DNA from: a virus
Direction: 5' to 3' (one strand)
Length of the DNA stretch: 64,000 bases
Virus record (IMG/VR): IMGVR_UViG_3300045988_159607
Position 1 is the stretch's first letter. Every line of letters begins with the position of its first letter. Below are positions 40,108-49,846 of the stretch, one piece after another. The translations under genes and the position numbers were made by a program. Under the pieces are notes generated by a model. The model was given only the letters and a program-made list of their open reading frames with translations. It ran no database searches and was not told the DNA's origin.

Positions 40108-41796
40108 ATGTATTATTACAGAGAAAAGGACTATTGGTATTTTGGTGCTTTGGAAAAATCAGTTTACAAGAACCTTAAACTGATTTCCTCCTTTAAACGC
40201 AACGTTACCAATAAGGAAATATACATAAAATCCGATCCAGCAAAAGATTTCCTTTTAAAAGAGTTTGTTTCCGACAACGAAATAGAAGAAGCCAATCCTC
40301 TATCAATAGTTCGTCCCGGCTGCAAAGCCGAAATAAAGCCTTTTAAGGAACTTTTGTCCCGAAAGGATATAGAACTATTGATAGAGAATCTTCCTCTTTT
40401 AAAAAAGCCGAGAAGCTATCAAATGGACTATTTATATTACGCAGTCAATCACGGAAACCATATAAATGGTTCTTCGGTGGGGACAGGCAAAAGTCTATGT
40501 TCTGTTCTCTATGCTGAAATGCTTGATCTTTTTCCTTGTATGGTAGTCTGTCCGGCTTCTGTAAAATCCGGTTGGTTAAGAGAGTGGAAAGAAACGAACC
40601 CAAACAGACGGGTATCTATCATTTCCACATCTTCCCCACCGGAAGATTTTGAAGCAGACGTGATAGTGATAAACTATGACATACTTGGGAAAAGGGTCAC
40701 AAAAGAAAACGGAAAAACATCTCTTGAAATAAGATTGGATGGAATGAAAAAGAAATCATTCTCTCTTGTGATAGCAGATGAAATCCATTTTCTCAAAAAC
40801 AGAAAGTCCATCAGAAGCAAGTCTTTCAAAAAGCTGATACATAAAGTTCCTTCTGTAATAGGGCTTACAGGAACACTTATCATGAACCGTCCGGCAGAGC
40901 TTCTAAATATCCTGATGTTAATAGAAAGGATAAAGGAAATTGCACCGGACGACCAGTATCATCATTATTTTTTTGAAAGGTACTGCAATATGAAGGAAAC
41001 GAACTTTGGTATGGACATATCAGGAGCTTCCAATATCAAGGAACTGAATCGTCTCTTGAAAGAATGCTGTTATTTCCAGGTAAGTAAAAGGGATGCGCTG
41101 AAAGAACTTCCTCCTATTTCGGAAAATGTTGTGGAATGCGAGATTACAAATAAAAGAGCATATAAAAAGGCAAAGGATGATCTTTTGCAGTTCATTGAAG
41201 ATAAGTTTAAGGACGAAGAAAAGGTTGAAAAAGCTGCAAGGGCAGAGTTCCTTGTAAAACTCTCGACATTAAAGCAACTGTCCTTAGAAGGTAAAGAAAA
41301 GTTTATAAAAAAATGGGTGGAAGAGTGGCTGGAGGCAAACGAAGAAGAAAAACTTTTGGTATTTGCCTCACAATCCGCAATCCTTACAAAGATAGCCGAA
41401 GAGTTTAAGGAGGGACTTCTCATTACAGGAAGCACTACCACAAAGAAAAGGGATGAAATTTTACAGAAGTTCACCTTGGAAAAGAACAAAAGAGTTCTTT
41501 TCGCAAATATAGGCTGTCTCGGTACTGGTGTAGACGGACTTCAAAAGGTTTGTTCCAATATGGCTATCTTAGAACTTCCACCGCGTCCGAGCGACCTTGT
41601 GCAAGTTATAGGAAGATTGGAAAGAAGCGGGCAGGAAAATCCGGTTACGATTCAATACCTGCTATCACCGGAAACGATTGACCAGGACTTGTGGGAGATG
41701 TTGAAAGGAAAGAAAGATGTTACAGACATGTTAAACAAAGGATTCCAAGACGATACCAGTCTTATGATCCTTCAAAAGTATAAGAATGAGCGATAA
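40108..41796 (+). CDS. SNF2-family helicase
   Basis: GSSVGTGKS (I), ADEIHFLKN (II), LTGTLIMNRPAEL (III), and C-terminal helicase motifs (ANIGCLGTGVDGL, GRLERSGQ). Confidence 0.75.
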   Translation: MYYYREKDYWYFGALEKSVYKNLKLISSFKRNVTNKEIYIKSDPAKDFLLKEFVSDNEIEEANPLSIVRPGCKAEIKPFKELLSRKDIELLIENLPLLKKPRSYQMDYLYYAVNHGNHINGSSVGTGKSLCSVLYAEMLDLFPCMVVCPASVKSGWLREWKETNPNRRVSIISTSSPPEDFEADVIVINYDILGKRVTKENGKTSLEIRLDGMKKKSFSLVIADEIHFLKNRKSIRSKSFKKLIHKVPSVIGLTGTLIMNRPAELLNILMLIERIKEIAPDDQYHHYFFERYCNMKETNFGMDISGASNIKELNRLLKECCYFQVSKRDALKELPPISENVVECEITNKRAYKKAKDDLLQFIEDKFKDEEKVEKAARAEFLVKLSTLKQLSLEGKEKFIKKWVEEWLEANEEEKLLVFASQSAILTKIAEEFKEGLLITGSTTTKKRDEILQKFTLEKNKRVLFANIGCLGTGVDGLQKVCSNMAILELPPRPSDLVQVIGRLERSGQENPVTIQYLLSPETIDQDLWEMLKGKKDVTDMLNKGFQDDTSLMILQKYKNER

Positions 41797-42283
41797 ACGA
41801 AAGGGAACACGGATCATTGAGGTTTGGACGGATGGAAGTTGCAATGCTAACCATCCCAAAAAACTGGGAGGTTCTGCCGTTTACATCAAATGGAAAGACA
41901 AGGAATATCATATAACCAAAGGACGTTCCTATACTACGACAGGAAGAAGAGAAACGGAAGCGATTCTTCTTGCACTTCGAGCGATAAAAAAGAATCTGAA
42001 TGTAAAGGCAACCTTCTATATTGACAGCCAGTATGTTGCCAATCAGTTTCGACACAAGTTCATTGACTGGGCAAGGGAGAACCTTCATGTAGAAAACCAG
42101 GATTTATGGGATGCCATATTTTCGGAAATGATGCTGCATAGGAAACTTCGTGTTTCCGTAAAATGGATAAGAAGCCATCAGAAAGACTATAGTGACCCTA
42201 TTGTATGCGGCAATTTCATTGCAGACTATATGGCTAATTACAAAAATTTTAAAGAGTATGAAAAAGAAAATCATTTACAATAA
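41786..42283 (+). CDS. rnhA: RNase H (type 1)
   Basis: IEVWTDGSC, RRETEAILLAL, FYIDSQYV, WIRSHQ...GNFIADYMA (DEDD residues). Confidence 0.75.
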   Translation: MSDKRKGTRIIEVWTDGSCNANHPKKLGGSAVYIKWKDKEYHITKGRSYTTTGRRETEAILLALRAIKKNLNVKATFYIDSQYVANQFRHKFIDWARENLHVENQDLWDAIFSEMMLHRKLRVSVKWIRSHQKDYSDPIVCGNFIADYMANYKNFKEYEKENHLQ

Positions 42284-42596
42284 CTTGATCCCTTTTAAGG
42301 GATTTACAGCAATCACTCTGTTTCCTTTCATTTTTGCAAGGAAAGAATACGAGCCTTTAGGGATGAGAACAATCATACATGAAAACATTCATCTAAGACA
42401 GCAGAAAGAGATGCTTATAGTGTTCTTCTATTTGTGGTATGGGATAGAATGGCTTGTAAGATTAATTCAATACAAAGATTCCCATGAGGCTTACAGAAAC
42501 ATTTCTTTTGAGAGGGAAGCATATGACAATGAATATGATGATGAATATTTAGGCGTAAGGAAACCTTACGAATGGGTTCATTATTTGAGAGGATAA
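42258..42596 (+). CDS. putative HExxH metal-dependent hydrolase / membrane-associated protein
   Basis: IIHENIHLRQ (HExxH). Start taken at MKKKIIY to limit overlap. Confidence 0.35.
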   Translation: MKKKIIYNNLIPFKGFTAITLFPFIFARKEYEPLGMRTIIHENIHLRQQKEMLIVFFYLWYGIEWLVRLIQYKDSHEAYRNISFEREAYDNEYDDEYLGVRKPYEWVHYLRG

Positions 42597-42621
42597 CAGA
42601 AGCAAACGAAAAGAAGATGTT

Positions 42622-44097
42622 ATGAAATGGAGTAAATATCAGTTGGCTATTTTTGATGCTTACGAAAATACCAACAAAAACATAATAGTTGAGGCATCTG
42701 CCGGATCAGGTAAAACCCAAACACTCAAGGAGTTGTGCAATCGGACACCGGAAAACAAGTCATGTCTTTTTATGGCATTCAACAAGAGTATAGCGGAAGA
42801 ACTAAAAACAAAACTTCCTTATTATGTTGATTGCTATACTTTCCATGCACTTGGACTTCGTACAATGATGAAAAATTTCCGTTTTAAAGCAAAAGTGAAT
42901 GACAACAAATGCTTCAACCTTTGTACGAAGCTGTTCCAATATAAAAAGATGGAATTTAAAGAAAGGATGAAGTATTTCTTTGCGCTCCAGACATTATGGG
43001 AACAAGTGAGACTGTCTCTTTGCAAGATAAATGAAGAAAACATTGTTCCCATTACAATAGAATTTGATTTGGATTACGAAGAAGAAATGATTCCCGACCT
43101 TCTTGAAATTGAAAAGGCATGGAGAAGTGATTGTACAAGGATAAACAACAATCTTGCTTTTGAAATAGATTTTGTGGATATGCTTTGGATTCCTTACACA
43201 TTCTTAGAACCGGAAAGTTTTCCGAAATACAATGTTGTAATGGCCGATGAATGTCAGGATTTTTTCACACTTCAAAAGAATATTTTGCAAAATTTAATAA
43301 AACCAAGAGGAAGGTTTGTTGGCGTTGGGGATTCTAAACAACTGATTTACAACTTCTTAGGAAGCGACTTGAATGTATTCAATTCTCTAAAAAATAACCC
43401 TAACACGACTACACTTCCTCTTTCTGTCACATACAGATGCAGCAAAAGGATAGTCGAAGAAGCTAATAAGGTATTCCCTGGGACGGAATGTGCGGAAGGA
43501 GCAAAAGAAGGTGTTGTCAGAAAAGGTGAGCTAAGCGAAGCCGCCAACGGAGATTTTGTTTTGTGCCGGAATAACCTTCCTTTAGTGGTAGCTTTCCTGC
43601 AGCTCCTTAGAGAAGGAAAAAAATCATCTATAATGGGACGTGATTTTGGGGAAAATATTTACCGTCTGATGGAAAATCAAACCAGTCTTGATGATATGTA
43701 TCTTCTATTGGACGATAAAAAGCAAAAACTTATAGAAAAAGGCATTGCGTCTACCTCTGTAAAAAACCATCCGTCTTATGTTTCTTTGGAAGAAAAAGTA
43801 AAGATTGTGGAATTGCTATACGAATCGCATCAAGGAAATTTCTCTTCCTTAAAAGAAAGGATTAGGAACATTTTCTCTGGCGATAACAAAGGTATCATCC
43901 TATCCACTATTCATAAGAGCAAAGGATTGGAAGCTAACCGTGTTTTCTTTTTGAACCCGGAACTGCTTCCATCCAAATATGCAAAGACACCTAAAGCATT
44001 GTACGCGGAAGAGTGTCTTAAATTTGTGGCAATCACAAGAGCAAAAGAAGAATTGGTTTATTGTCATGTTAATGCAGATATTGACCTCCATAAGTAA
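42622..44097 (+). CDS. UvrD/Rep-type SF1 helicase
   Basis: ASAGSGKTQT (I), MADECQDF (II), TIHKSKGLEANRVF (VI). Confidence 0.75.
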   Translation: MKWSKYQLAIFDAYENTNKNIIVEASAGSGKTQTLKELCNRTPENKSCLFMAFNKSIAEELKTKLPYYVDCYTFHALGLRTMMKNFRFKAKVNDNKCFNLCTKLFQYKKMEFKERMKYFFALQTLWEQVRLSLCKINEENIVPITIEFDLDYEEEMIPDLLEIEKAWRSDCTRINNNLAFEIDFVDMLWIPYTFLEPESFPKYNVVMADECQDFFTLQKNILQNLIKPRGRFVGVGDSKQLIYNFLGSDLNVFNSLKNNPNTTTLPLSVTYRCSKRIVEEANKVFPGTECAEGAKEGVVRKGELSEAANGDFVLCRNNLPLVVAFLQLLREGKKSSIMGRDFGENIYRLMENQTSLDDMYLLLDDKKQKLIEKGIASTSVKNHPSYVSLEEKVKIVELLYESHQGNFSSLKERIRNIFSGDNKGIILSTIHKSKGLEANRVFFLNPELLPSKYAKTPKALYAEECLKFVAITRAKEELVYCHVNADIDLHK

Positions 44098-44167
44098 CAA
44101 AAACATGCAAGGTGAAATGACGTTGAAATATTACTTTTAACAAGTGTTTACACATTTCACCTTGCTA

Positions 44168-44191
44168 TGTAATAATATATTCTTACATTTG
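44168..44191 (+). promoter_or_regulatory. 20-bp near-palindrome TGTAATAATATATTCTTACA overlapping TACATTTG -7 box
   Basis: One mismatch from palindromy. Same family as 57656 and 35191. Lies in the gap after the helicase gene. Confidence 0.5.
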
Positions 44192-44224
44192 CAGCATTAA
44201 AAGCAACAATTAAATTTTTAGATT

Positions 44225-44365
44225 ATGGGAATATGTGGATGGATTTGCACAGTGATTATATTTATTGCATTGTGCGTTACAGCTCAATCAATGTTTGAAG
44301 ACTACCTTTCTTACAAGAGTGAAAAATTTGATAACGACGAAGAAGATGAAGAAAAAGAAGACTAA
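44225..44365 (+). CDS. small membrane protein (46 aa, below track cutoff)
   Basis: Hand translation MGICGWICTVIIFIALCVTAQSMFEDYLSYKSEKFDNDEEDEEKED*. It has one TM segment plus an acidic tail. Confidence 0.35.
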   Translation: MGICGWICTVIIFIALCVTAQSMFEDYLSYKSEKFDNDEEDEEKED

Positions 44366-44684
44366 ACTGTACATCATTGTACCTCATGAGAATGGGAAAG
44401 TAACCCTTTTTTCGGCTGACAAAATAGAAGAACTTGTTCCTTTCCTTCCTTCAATGGAAGCGATAAAGACAAATGTAGAACTTCAAGTGGCAAAATGGGA
44501 AAGAGATCGTTCCTACAAGCCGCAACCGCTTACACTTAGTGTTCCTTTGGATATTTTCCTAAAAGTGAAAGCTATTACAGGTGGAAAATGGAATGAAATA
44601 CCTATCAATCAAGGGTGCAATGGTATTCCTTCGGTAATTTTAATCCCCAGCAAGGAGAAAACAGAGGAAGATGAACATAGTTGA
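44346..44684 (+). CDS. hypothetical protein
   Basis: Track ORF 44265..44684. The likely start is MKKKKTKLYIIV at 44346. Confidence 0.45.
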   Translation: MKKKKTKLYIIVPHENGKVTLFSADKIEELVPFLPSMEAIKTNVELQVAKWERDRSYKPQPLTLSVPLDIFLKVKAITGGKWNEIPINQGCNGIPSVILIPSKEKTEEDEHS

Positions 44685-45135
44685 CGGGATTGTAGGAAAT
44701 ACTTTCATTGCTATAGACAGCGAAAAGCAAGCAATGAGATGTGATCAGATTCAAGAAGAAGGAAAGCTCGCATTGACTGTTTCTTTAAAGAATGGACACA
44801 GGTTTGGAAGAAGTCTTTCAGAAGCTGTAAAATATGATTACTCCCACGTAGTGGAATGTGTTTTAAACACAGGGGACAGCTTTAGAGCCACAAGCGGACT
44901 TCTTTTAATGGATATGTGGGGAGACTGGATCACAGTTCTAAGATCGGAAGGAATACCGCTATTTTCTTATGATTTTTCCGAAGATAGTAAGAAAGCAAAA
45001 GACTTCCTTTTTATAGAAAAAGTAAACTTCCTTCCCTACCGGAAATTATTTTTAATCTTAAAACAGATGACCCCTCCCAAAACTTCGTTATTCTTCCTAA
45101 AGGAAGCAAAGAGTGTGATTATACAAAAGGGATAG
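44671..45135 (+). CDS. hypothetical protein
   Basis: 154-aa ORF. Confidence 0.45.
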   Translation: MNIVDGIVGNTFIAIDSEKQAMRCDQIQEEGKLALTVSLKNGHRFGRSLSEAVKYDYSHVVECVLNTGDSFRATSGLLLMDMWGDWITVLRSEGIPLFSYDFSEDSKKAKDFLFIEKVNFLPYRKLFLILKQMTPPKTSLFFLKEAKSVIIQKG

Positions 45136-45165
45136 TGGTTCAATCATTATTTAAAGAGTAACATT

Positions 45166-45600
45166 ATGTACTTTGAATCAGTTGTAAATTATTGGACGGA
45201 TAACCCGGACGGTTTCAAACCTCCAAGAATACAGGTAAAGAGACATCTTCTTGTTAGAGGTTACACCTATACAGAAGCAGAAGCAGTGTCCATAGAATGG
45301 GGAACGAAAGTAGCAGAGGAAGAAATCAAAATATCACCCATTAAGGAGCTATCCATTTATACAGTGATAGAAGATGATTCTGCTGGCAAATTCTTTAAGG
45401 TTGATGTTCTTTACCCGGAAGAGACGCCTAAAGGGAAAATCAGAATGCAAAAGGTCTCTTTGATGGTTCAATCCGCGTCAGACGTGGAAGCGATTGAGAT
45501 TACAAAGAAGTATTTCGATTTTCTTTCCACAAGAGATGAATTAGTAATTAAAGCCGTTACATTAACGGAAATCGAAGAATACATTAAAATAGATGAGTAG
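45166..45600 (+). CDS. hypothetical protein
   Basis: 144-aa ORF. The next start follows its stop immediately. Confidence 0.5.
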   Translation: MYFESVVNYWTDNPDGFKPPRIQVKRHLLVRGYTYTEAEAVSIEWGTKVAEEEIKISPIKELSIYTVIEDDSAGKFFKVDVLYPEETPKGKIRMQKVSLMVQSASDVEAIEITKKYFDFLSTRDELVIKAVTLTEIEEYIKIDE

Positions 45601-46674
45601 ATGAATGTACTTAGTTTATTCGATGGAATGTCATGTGGACAAATAGCGTTAAAGGAATTGAACATTTTCATTGACACTTATTATGCTTCTGAAATAGATA
45701 GATTTGCCATTGCGCAAACACAACTCAATTTTCCCAATACAATTCAAATAGGTGACGTTAAGAAAGTCAATGTATTGGATTTGCAACCCATTGATTTATT
45801 AATAGGGGGGGTCTCCTTGTACCAATCTTTCGTTTGCAGGGACAAGAAAAGGTCTTTGTACAAAAGAAAGATTGAGATTGTATCACTTGAACAATATCTT
45901 GAACTAAAGGAACAAGGTTTTGAATTTGAAGGGCAATCCTATTTATTCTGGGAGTACATGAGAATACTTACGGAAATAAGAGAATACAACCCCAATGTAT
46001 TGTTCCTATTGGAGAATGTGGAAATGGGAAAGAAGTGGGAAACTGTGTTTAATAAAGCCATTGGGATACAAGGTATCCATATTAATTCATCTCTTGTATC
46101 TGCTCAAAGCAGAAAAAGGATTTATTGGACGAATATAGACGGCGGAAACATCCCGCAGCCTAAAGACAAAGGATTGTTTTTAAGAGACATATTGGAAGAT
46201 GAAGTAGACGAACATTTCTTTCTTTCTGAAAAGGCTCTTAAAGGGATCGAACTTCACAAGAAAAGAAACAAAGAAAAAGGGAATGGATTTGGCGCGGACA
46301 TAAGAAAACCTTCTGACAAATCCCAAACTATAAGTGTAGGTGGTAAGGGAATGTATGATTTGGTAAGTGTTCCTTCAAGAAAAGTAATCCAGTTGAACAA
46401 AACAAATGAATTTGGAAAACAACCAAGACAACAGAACAGGATATATGATCCACAAGGAACATCCCCTGCGGTTTTGACAAACATGAGTTGTGGGAGTCAT
46501 GCTATATTAGATAATTTCTGCATACGAAGACTTACTCCTATTGAATGCGCAAGATTGCAAACCATTCCTGAGTGGTACGAATGGCAATGTAGTAACACAC
46601 AACAGTACAAGATGTTGGGGAACGGCTGGACAGTAGAAGTCATAAAACATATATTCGGTTATATGATAGAATAA
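45601..46674 (+). CDS. dcm: DNA (cytosine-5) methyltransferase with catalytic motif IV out of frame
   Basis: Motif I LSLFDGMSCG, ENV (LLENV), QSRKRIYW, RRLTPIECARLQTIP, and GNGWTV are all in frame 0. The GGSPC..LSFAG motif is readable only in the +1 frame at 45805-45856. Confidence 0.8.
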   Translation: MNVLSLFDGMSCGQIALKELNIFIDTYYASEIDRFAIAQTQLNFPNTIQIGDVKKVNVLDLQPIDLLIGGVSLYQSFVCRDKKRSLYKRKIEIVSLEQYLELKEQGFEFEGQSYLFWEYMRILTEIREYNPNVLFLLENVEMGKKWETVFNKAIGIQGIHINSSLVSAQSRKRIYWTNIDGGNIPQPKDKGLFLRDILEDEVDEHFFLSEKALKGIELHKKRNKEKGNGFGADIRKPSDKSQTISVGGKGMYDLVSVPSRKVIQLNKTNEFGKQPRQQNRIYDPQGTSPAVLTNMSCGSHAILDNFCIRRLTPIECARLQTIPEWYEWQCSNTQQYKMLGNGWTVEVIKHIFGYMIE

Positions 46675-46725
46675 AAAAAACAGTTTTTGTATTTTCCATA
46701 GTAATTTAAGTTAGATGATTCTAAA

Positions 46726-46765
46726 GGGAAAGATGGTTTGGGAAAATAATCTTTCCCGATTTTTA
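46726..46765 (+). terminator. rho-independent terminator-like hairpin
   Basis: GGGAAAGAT-14 nt-ATCTTTCCC followed by GATTTTT. Confidence 0.6.
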
Positions 46766-46787
46766 ACTACATAGAAGCTATATCAAC

Positions 46788-47033
46788 ATGAGCAAAAGAA
46801 ATACAAAGTTTCGAAAGTTGGCGTTACTTATCAATTCAATAGATCGCCCTTTTGAGTTTTACGACCTTGCAAAGCATACTTTGTTCTTTGCCGGCACGCT
46901 TAGAAAAACAATTTCCTATCTTTGTAAGGCGGGATATATCGAAAGGATTGAAAGAGGACGTTATAAACGAGCCAAAACAATACCGGACGATATAAAGATA
47001 GCAGAGTTAGAGAAAATGGCTTATAAACGATAA
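46788..47033 (+). CDS. small winged-helix-like DNA-binding protein (putative)
   Basis: LRKTISYLCKAGYIERIERGRYKR resembles a wHTH recognition helix plus wing. Confidence 0.35.
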   Translation: MSKRNTKFRKLALLINSIDRPFEFYDLAKHTLFFAGTLRKTISYLCKAGYIERIERGRYKRAKTIPDDIKIAELEKMAYKR

Positions 47034-47037
47034 AAAT

Positions 47038-47316
47038 ATGAATTTAGCAATCATAATACTTTCAGTTGTGGCAGCGTTCCTATTGGTTGCTGTCGTTATC
47101 CTTTGGATCAGGGTCAGGAATTTAAAAGATTATTTGCTTTATATCGATTCCAGAATTGATTCAGTAAGGCTTAATTACCTATTAGGATTTAGAAACAATC
47201 TGATTACAGCGGAAAGATTTGAAGATGTGGAATATATCAATGAATTGATAAAGGACGAGTTTGGCATAGAAAACATTGAAAAACTTTCAATAGATAATTT
47301 GCTTGAAATACTATAA
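47038..47316 (+). CDS. single-pass membrane protein (holin/spanin candidate)
   Basis: N-terminal TM segment NLAIIILSVVAAFLLVAVVILWI. Adjacent to a putative cell-wall-active protein. Confidence 0.35.
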   Translation: MNLAIIILSVVAAFLLVAVVILWIRVRNLKDYLLYIDSRIDSVRLNYLLGFRNNLITAERFEDVEYINELIKDEFGIENIEKLSIDNLLEIL

Positions 47317-47321
47317 ATTAA

Positions 47322-47783
47322 TTGGTTATGGAAATAAAAGTAAAAAGAAATTGGAAAAAAGAAAAATACACTATTGGCTGTCTTTATATTGATGACGAAT
47401 TTATTTGCAATACAATAGAAGATACGGACAGAGGATTGTCCCAAGATATGTCAGAGGAAGAAATAAAATCAAAAAAAGTGTATGGGCAAACCGCCATCCC
47501 TGCGGGTAGATATAAAATTCTTATGAATGTTGTTTCTCCAAAATTCAGTAAAAAACAGTTTTATATGGATGTCTGTAAAGGTAAAGTTCCCAGGTTGGAA
47601 GGAGTAAAAGCGTTCTCTGGAATTTTATTGCATTGCGCCGCGACAGCCGACAATGTAGAAGGTTGTATAGGTGTAGGGTACAACACCATTAAAGGACAGC
47701 TTACCAATATTAAAGAAGCATTTGAAAAGGTGTACAAAAAACTTTCTTCTACTGGTGAAGAAATTTATATCACAATTGAATAA
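47322..47783 (+). CDS. DUF5675-like protein (putative cell-wall-active)
   Basis: YTIGCLYIDDEFICNTIED...TAIPAGRYKI...GILLHCAATADNVEGCIGVG fits the pattern I recall for that phage family. Recalled from memory only. Confidence 0.35.
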   Translation: MVMEIKVKRNWKKEKYTIGCLYIDDEFICNTIEDTDRGLSQDMSEEEIKSKKVYGQTAIPAGRYKILMNVVSPKFSKKQFYMDVCKGKVPRLEGVKAFSGILLHCAATADNVEGCIGVGYNTIKGQLTNIKEAFEKVYKKLSSTGEEIYITIE

Positions 47784-47971
47784 GATTTTCCTGTATAATG
47801 TGTAAAAGTATAAATTCGATTTGTCTAACCTATTAACCGGAAAGGAGGTGAGAAAGAAAGACTATCCTAATTAATCATATCAATAAAGTTCCTTTTAATA
47901 AAGGAGGAAGCCGAAAATCCTTAATAGAGTAGGCATCTAACATTCTCGTTGTTAGTAAATTACGTTATTAT

Positions 47972-48030
47972 GAAAGGGAGCTTTGAACTCAAACAATCAA
48001 GTCGGTTCTCTGCTCCCTTTCTCTTTGTTT
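47972..48030 (+). terminator. hairpin at the convergence of + and - gene blocks
   Basis: GAAAGGGAGC-30 nt-GCTCCCTTTC followed by TCTTTGTTT. Confidence 0.45.
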
Positions 48031-48175
48031 AAACAAAATATTCAAAAGTATGCATAACGAAAAGAAGAGTATTCCAATTTTTATCTTTCCTACAGAAAAA
48101 CCAAAAGAAACATTGCTTTTTCAAAAGGACACCACAAAAGTAATCACAATTCCCAAAGATTCAAAATAGGATGCT

Positions 48176-48700
48176 TTAATCATAAGCTCTGAAAACTGTT
48201 TTCCTGTTTGGAAGGATGGAAGGATCAAACCTTGCTTTCAGTCTAAACAGGATTTCTTTTTGCAATATTTCTTCCTGCATTTTCATTTTTATCCTTGTTC
48301 CTCTGTAATCGCACAATATCCATTCTTGACCTTCCCTCTTTAAAAGAGACAGACTTGCCCTTAGTCCTGTGTTCACAAGAAAAACCTTTACAGAGGGACT
48401 TATTTTTACCTTTCCTCCTTTTTCTATTCTTGCAAGATACCTTTTAAGTTCCGGTAGCAACTTCTTTCTTCCGTCATTATCCCTGTTCTGTCCTTCCAAA
48501 AGTTTTATTCCTCTTTCCAGCCATTGCAATTTCCTTCCTATTTCGTCCTCTTCCATTTCCCTTAGTTTGGACTTTATATTTCTATCTGTAATGGGTGTAA
48601 TGGGCAGTCCTCCCCAATAGAAACCGTTTTTGGGACAAAGCTCATTGAACCTTTTCAGGCGGTTTAGATACACGTTTATTTTCCTGTCCTTAATGGTCAT
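48176..48700 (-). CDS. hypothetical protein
   Basis: 174-aa ORF, last gene of the minus block. Confidence 0.5.
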   Translation of the reverse strand: MTIKDRKINVYLNRLKRFNELCPKNGFYWGGLPITPITDRNIKSKLREMEEDEIGRKLQWLERGIKLLEGQNRDNDGRKKLLPELKRYLARIEKGGKVKISPSVKVFLVNTGLRASLSLLKREGQEWILCDYRGTRIKMKMQEEILQKEILFRLKARFDPSILPNRKTVFRAYD

Positions 48701-48703
48701 TTC

Positions 48704-49846
48704 TTATTTGAGTTTAAGAGCTTTCAAGCGTTCTTTTACAGACAATTTCACTTCATCATCCAAATAGGTAGCCTCCTGTACTTCATAAGGTGACATTTCA
48801 TCCAAGAACTTTTGGTTCTGCTGTTCAAGTTCGTCCCAATTGGCAGCACGGATCAGGTCGCCTGGCAGCATGATCTTTTCCCTACCGAGGATCATCTTAT
48901 TGAAGCCGTTAAAGTCTTTATAATAGCTTGTAGCAAGCTGATGTACCAATACTGTAGGATCAAGACCGGATTTGGCAGCGACAAGACCGATTATAATCGA
49001 ATTGATGGGAAGTGTACGGAACACACGTGAAACGTTTTCCTGTCCATGTAATGTGGCCGTAATATCTATCTTTCCGTCCACAGTCAGCTTTAGTTCGTTT
49101 CCCTTTACTTCTTTCCTGGCTTGCTCAAGCATATTCCTTATTTCCCTTTCAAATATCAATGCCTTATCCTCTAAACCTTCTTCCAAGTATTTATGATACC
49201 TTCCCTGTAGGTCTATGATAATGGAGTTGATGATTTGCAGTCTCCCAGCTTCCGTTGCGACCTTGTATTGATTGGACGAAGCAAGAAACACTGCACGCTT
49301 ACTTTCTATTTCTGCTTTTTTTCTTGCAAAGATGGACAGAAGTTCCTTTTGTGTCAGATTGATCTTCTTTTCCTGTTTTAGGATTTTCTGGACATCTTCA
49401 ACGCCGTTCATTTCCCCAAATAGTTTCACAATATAGGAAAGGATATCGGGCGTGACGGACGAAAGCATTTCTTTCCTATAAATGTCATTGAAAACAGCTT
49501 TTTTTGCCCTTATATCCTCTATGAGAGGCATTATATGTATTTCCTTTTGCCGTTGTGCCTTTTCTGCTGCTGCTTTCGTCCCTCCATGCCGGATAACAAA
49601 ACCTTTTGCGGAATAACTTTTAAGATCGGCCGTAAACTCTTCCCCTTGACTACCTTCAAAAACAAAAAACCTTTCGGACGATTCCGACAATGCTCTTTCT
49701 GCCATTTCAAGAGCAACAAAAGCATCCTTTAACTCTTTAGAGGCTGTTTGTATTACCTCTGGCGCGTTCTCTATTATTTCGAGGAAATCTTTTTGTCCTA
49801 TTTGGGGAAATGACTTTAGTTCCTGATTAATTTTCTGTTTCTTCAT
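48704..49846 (-). CDS. hypothetical protein
   Basis: 380-aa ORF. No motif recognised. Confidence 0.55.
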   Translation of the reverse strand: MKKQKINQELKSFPQIGQKDFLEIIENAPEVIQTASKELKDAFVALEMAERALSESSERFFVFEGSQGEEFTADLKSYSAKGFVIRHGGTKAAAEKAQRQKEIHIMPLIEDIRAKKAVFNDIYRKEMLSSVTPDILSYIVKLFGEMNGVEDVQKILKQEKKINLTQKELLSIFARKKAEIESKRAVFLASSNQYKVATEAGRLQIINSIIIDLQGRYHKYLEEGLEDKALIFEREIRNMLEQARKEVKGNELKLTVDGKIDITATLHGQENVSRVFRTLPINSIIIGLVAAKSGLDPTVLVHQLATSYYKDFNGFNKMILGREKIMLPGDLIRAANWDELEQQNQKFLDEMSPYEVQEATYLDDEVKLSVKERLKALKLK

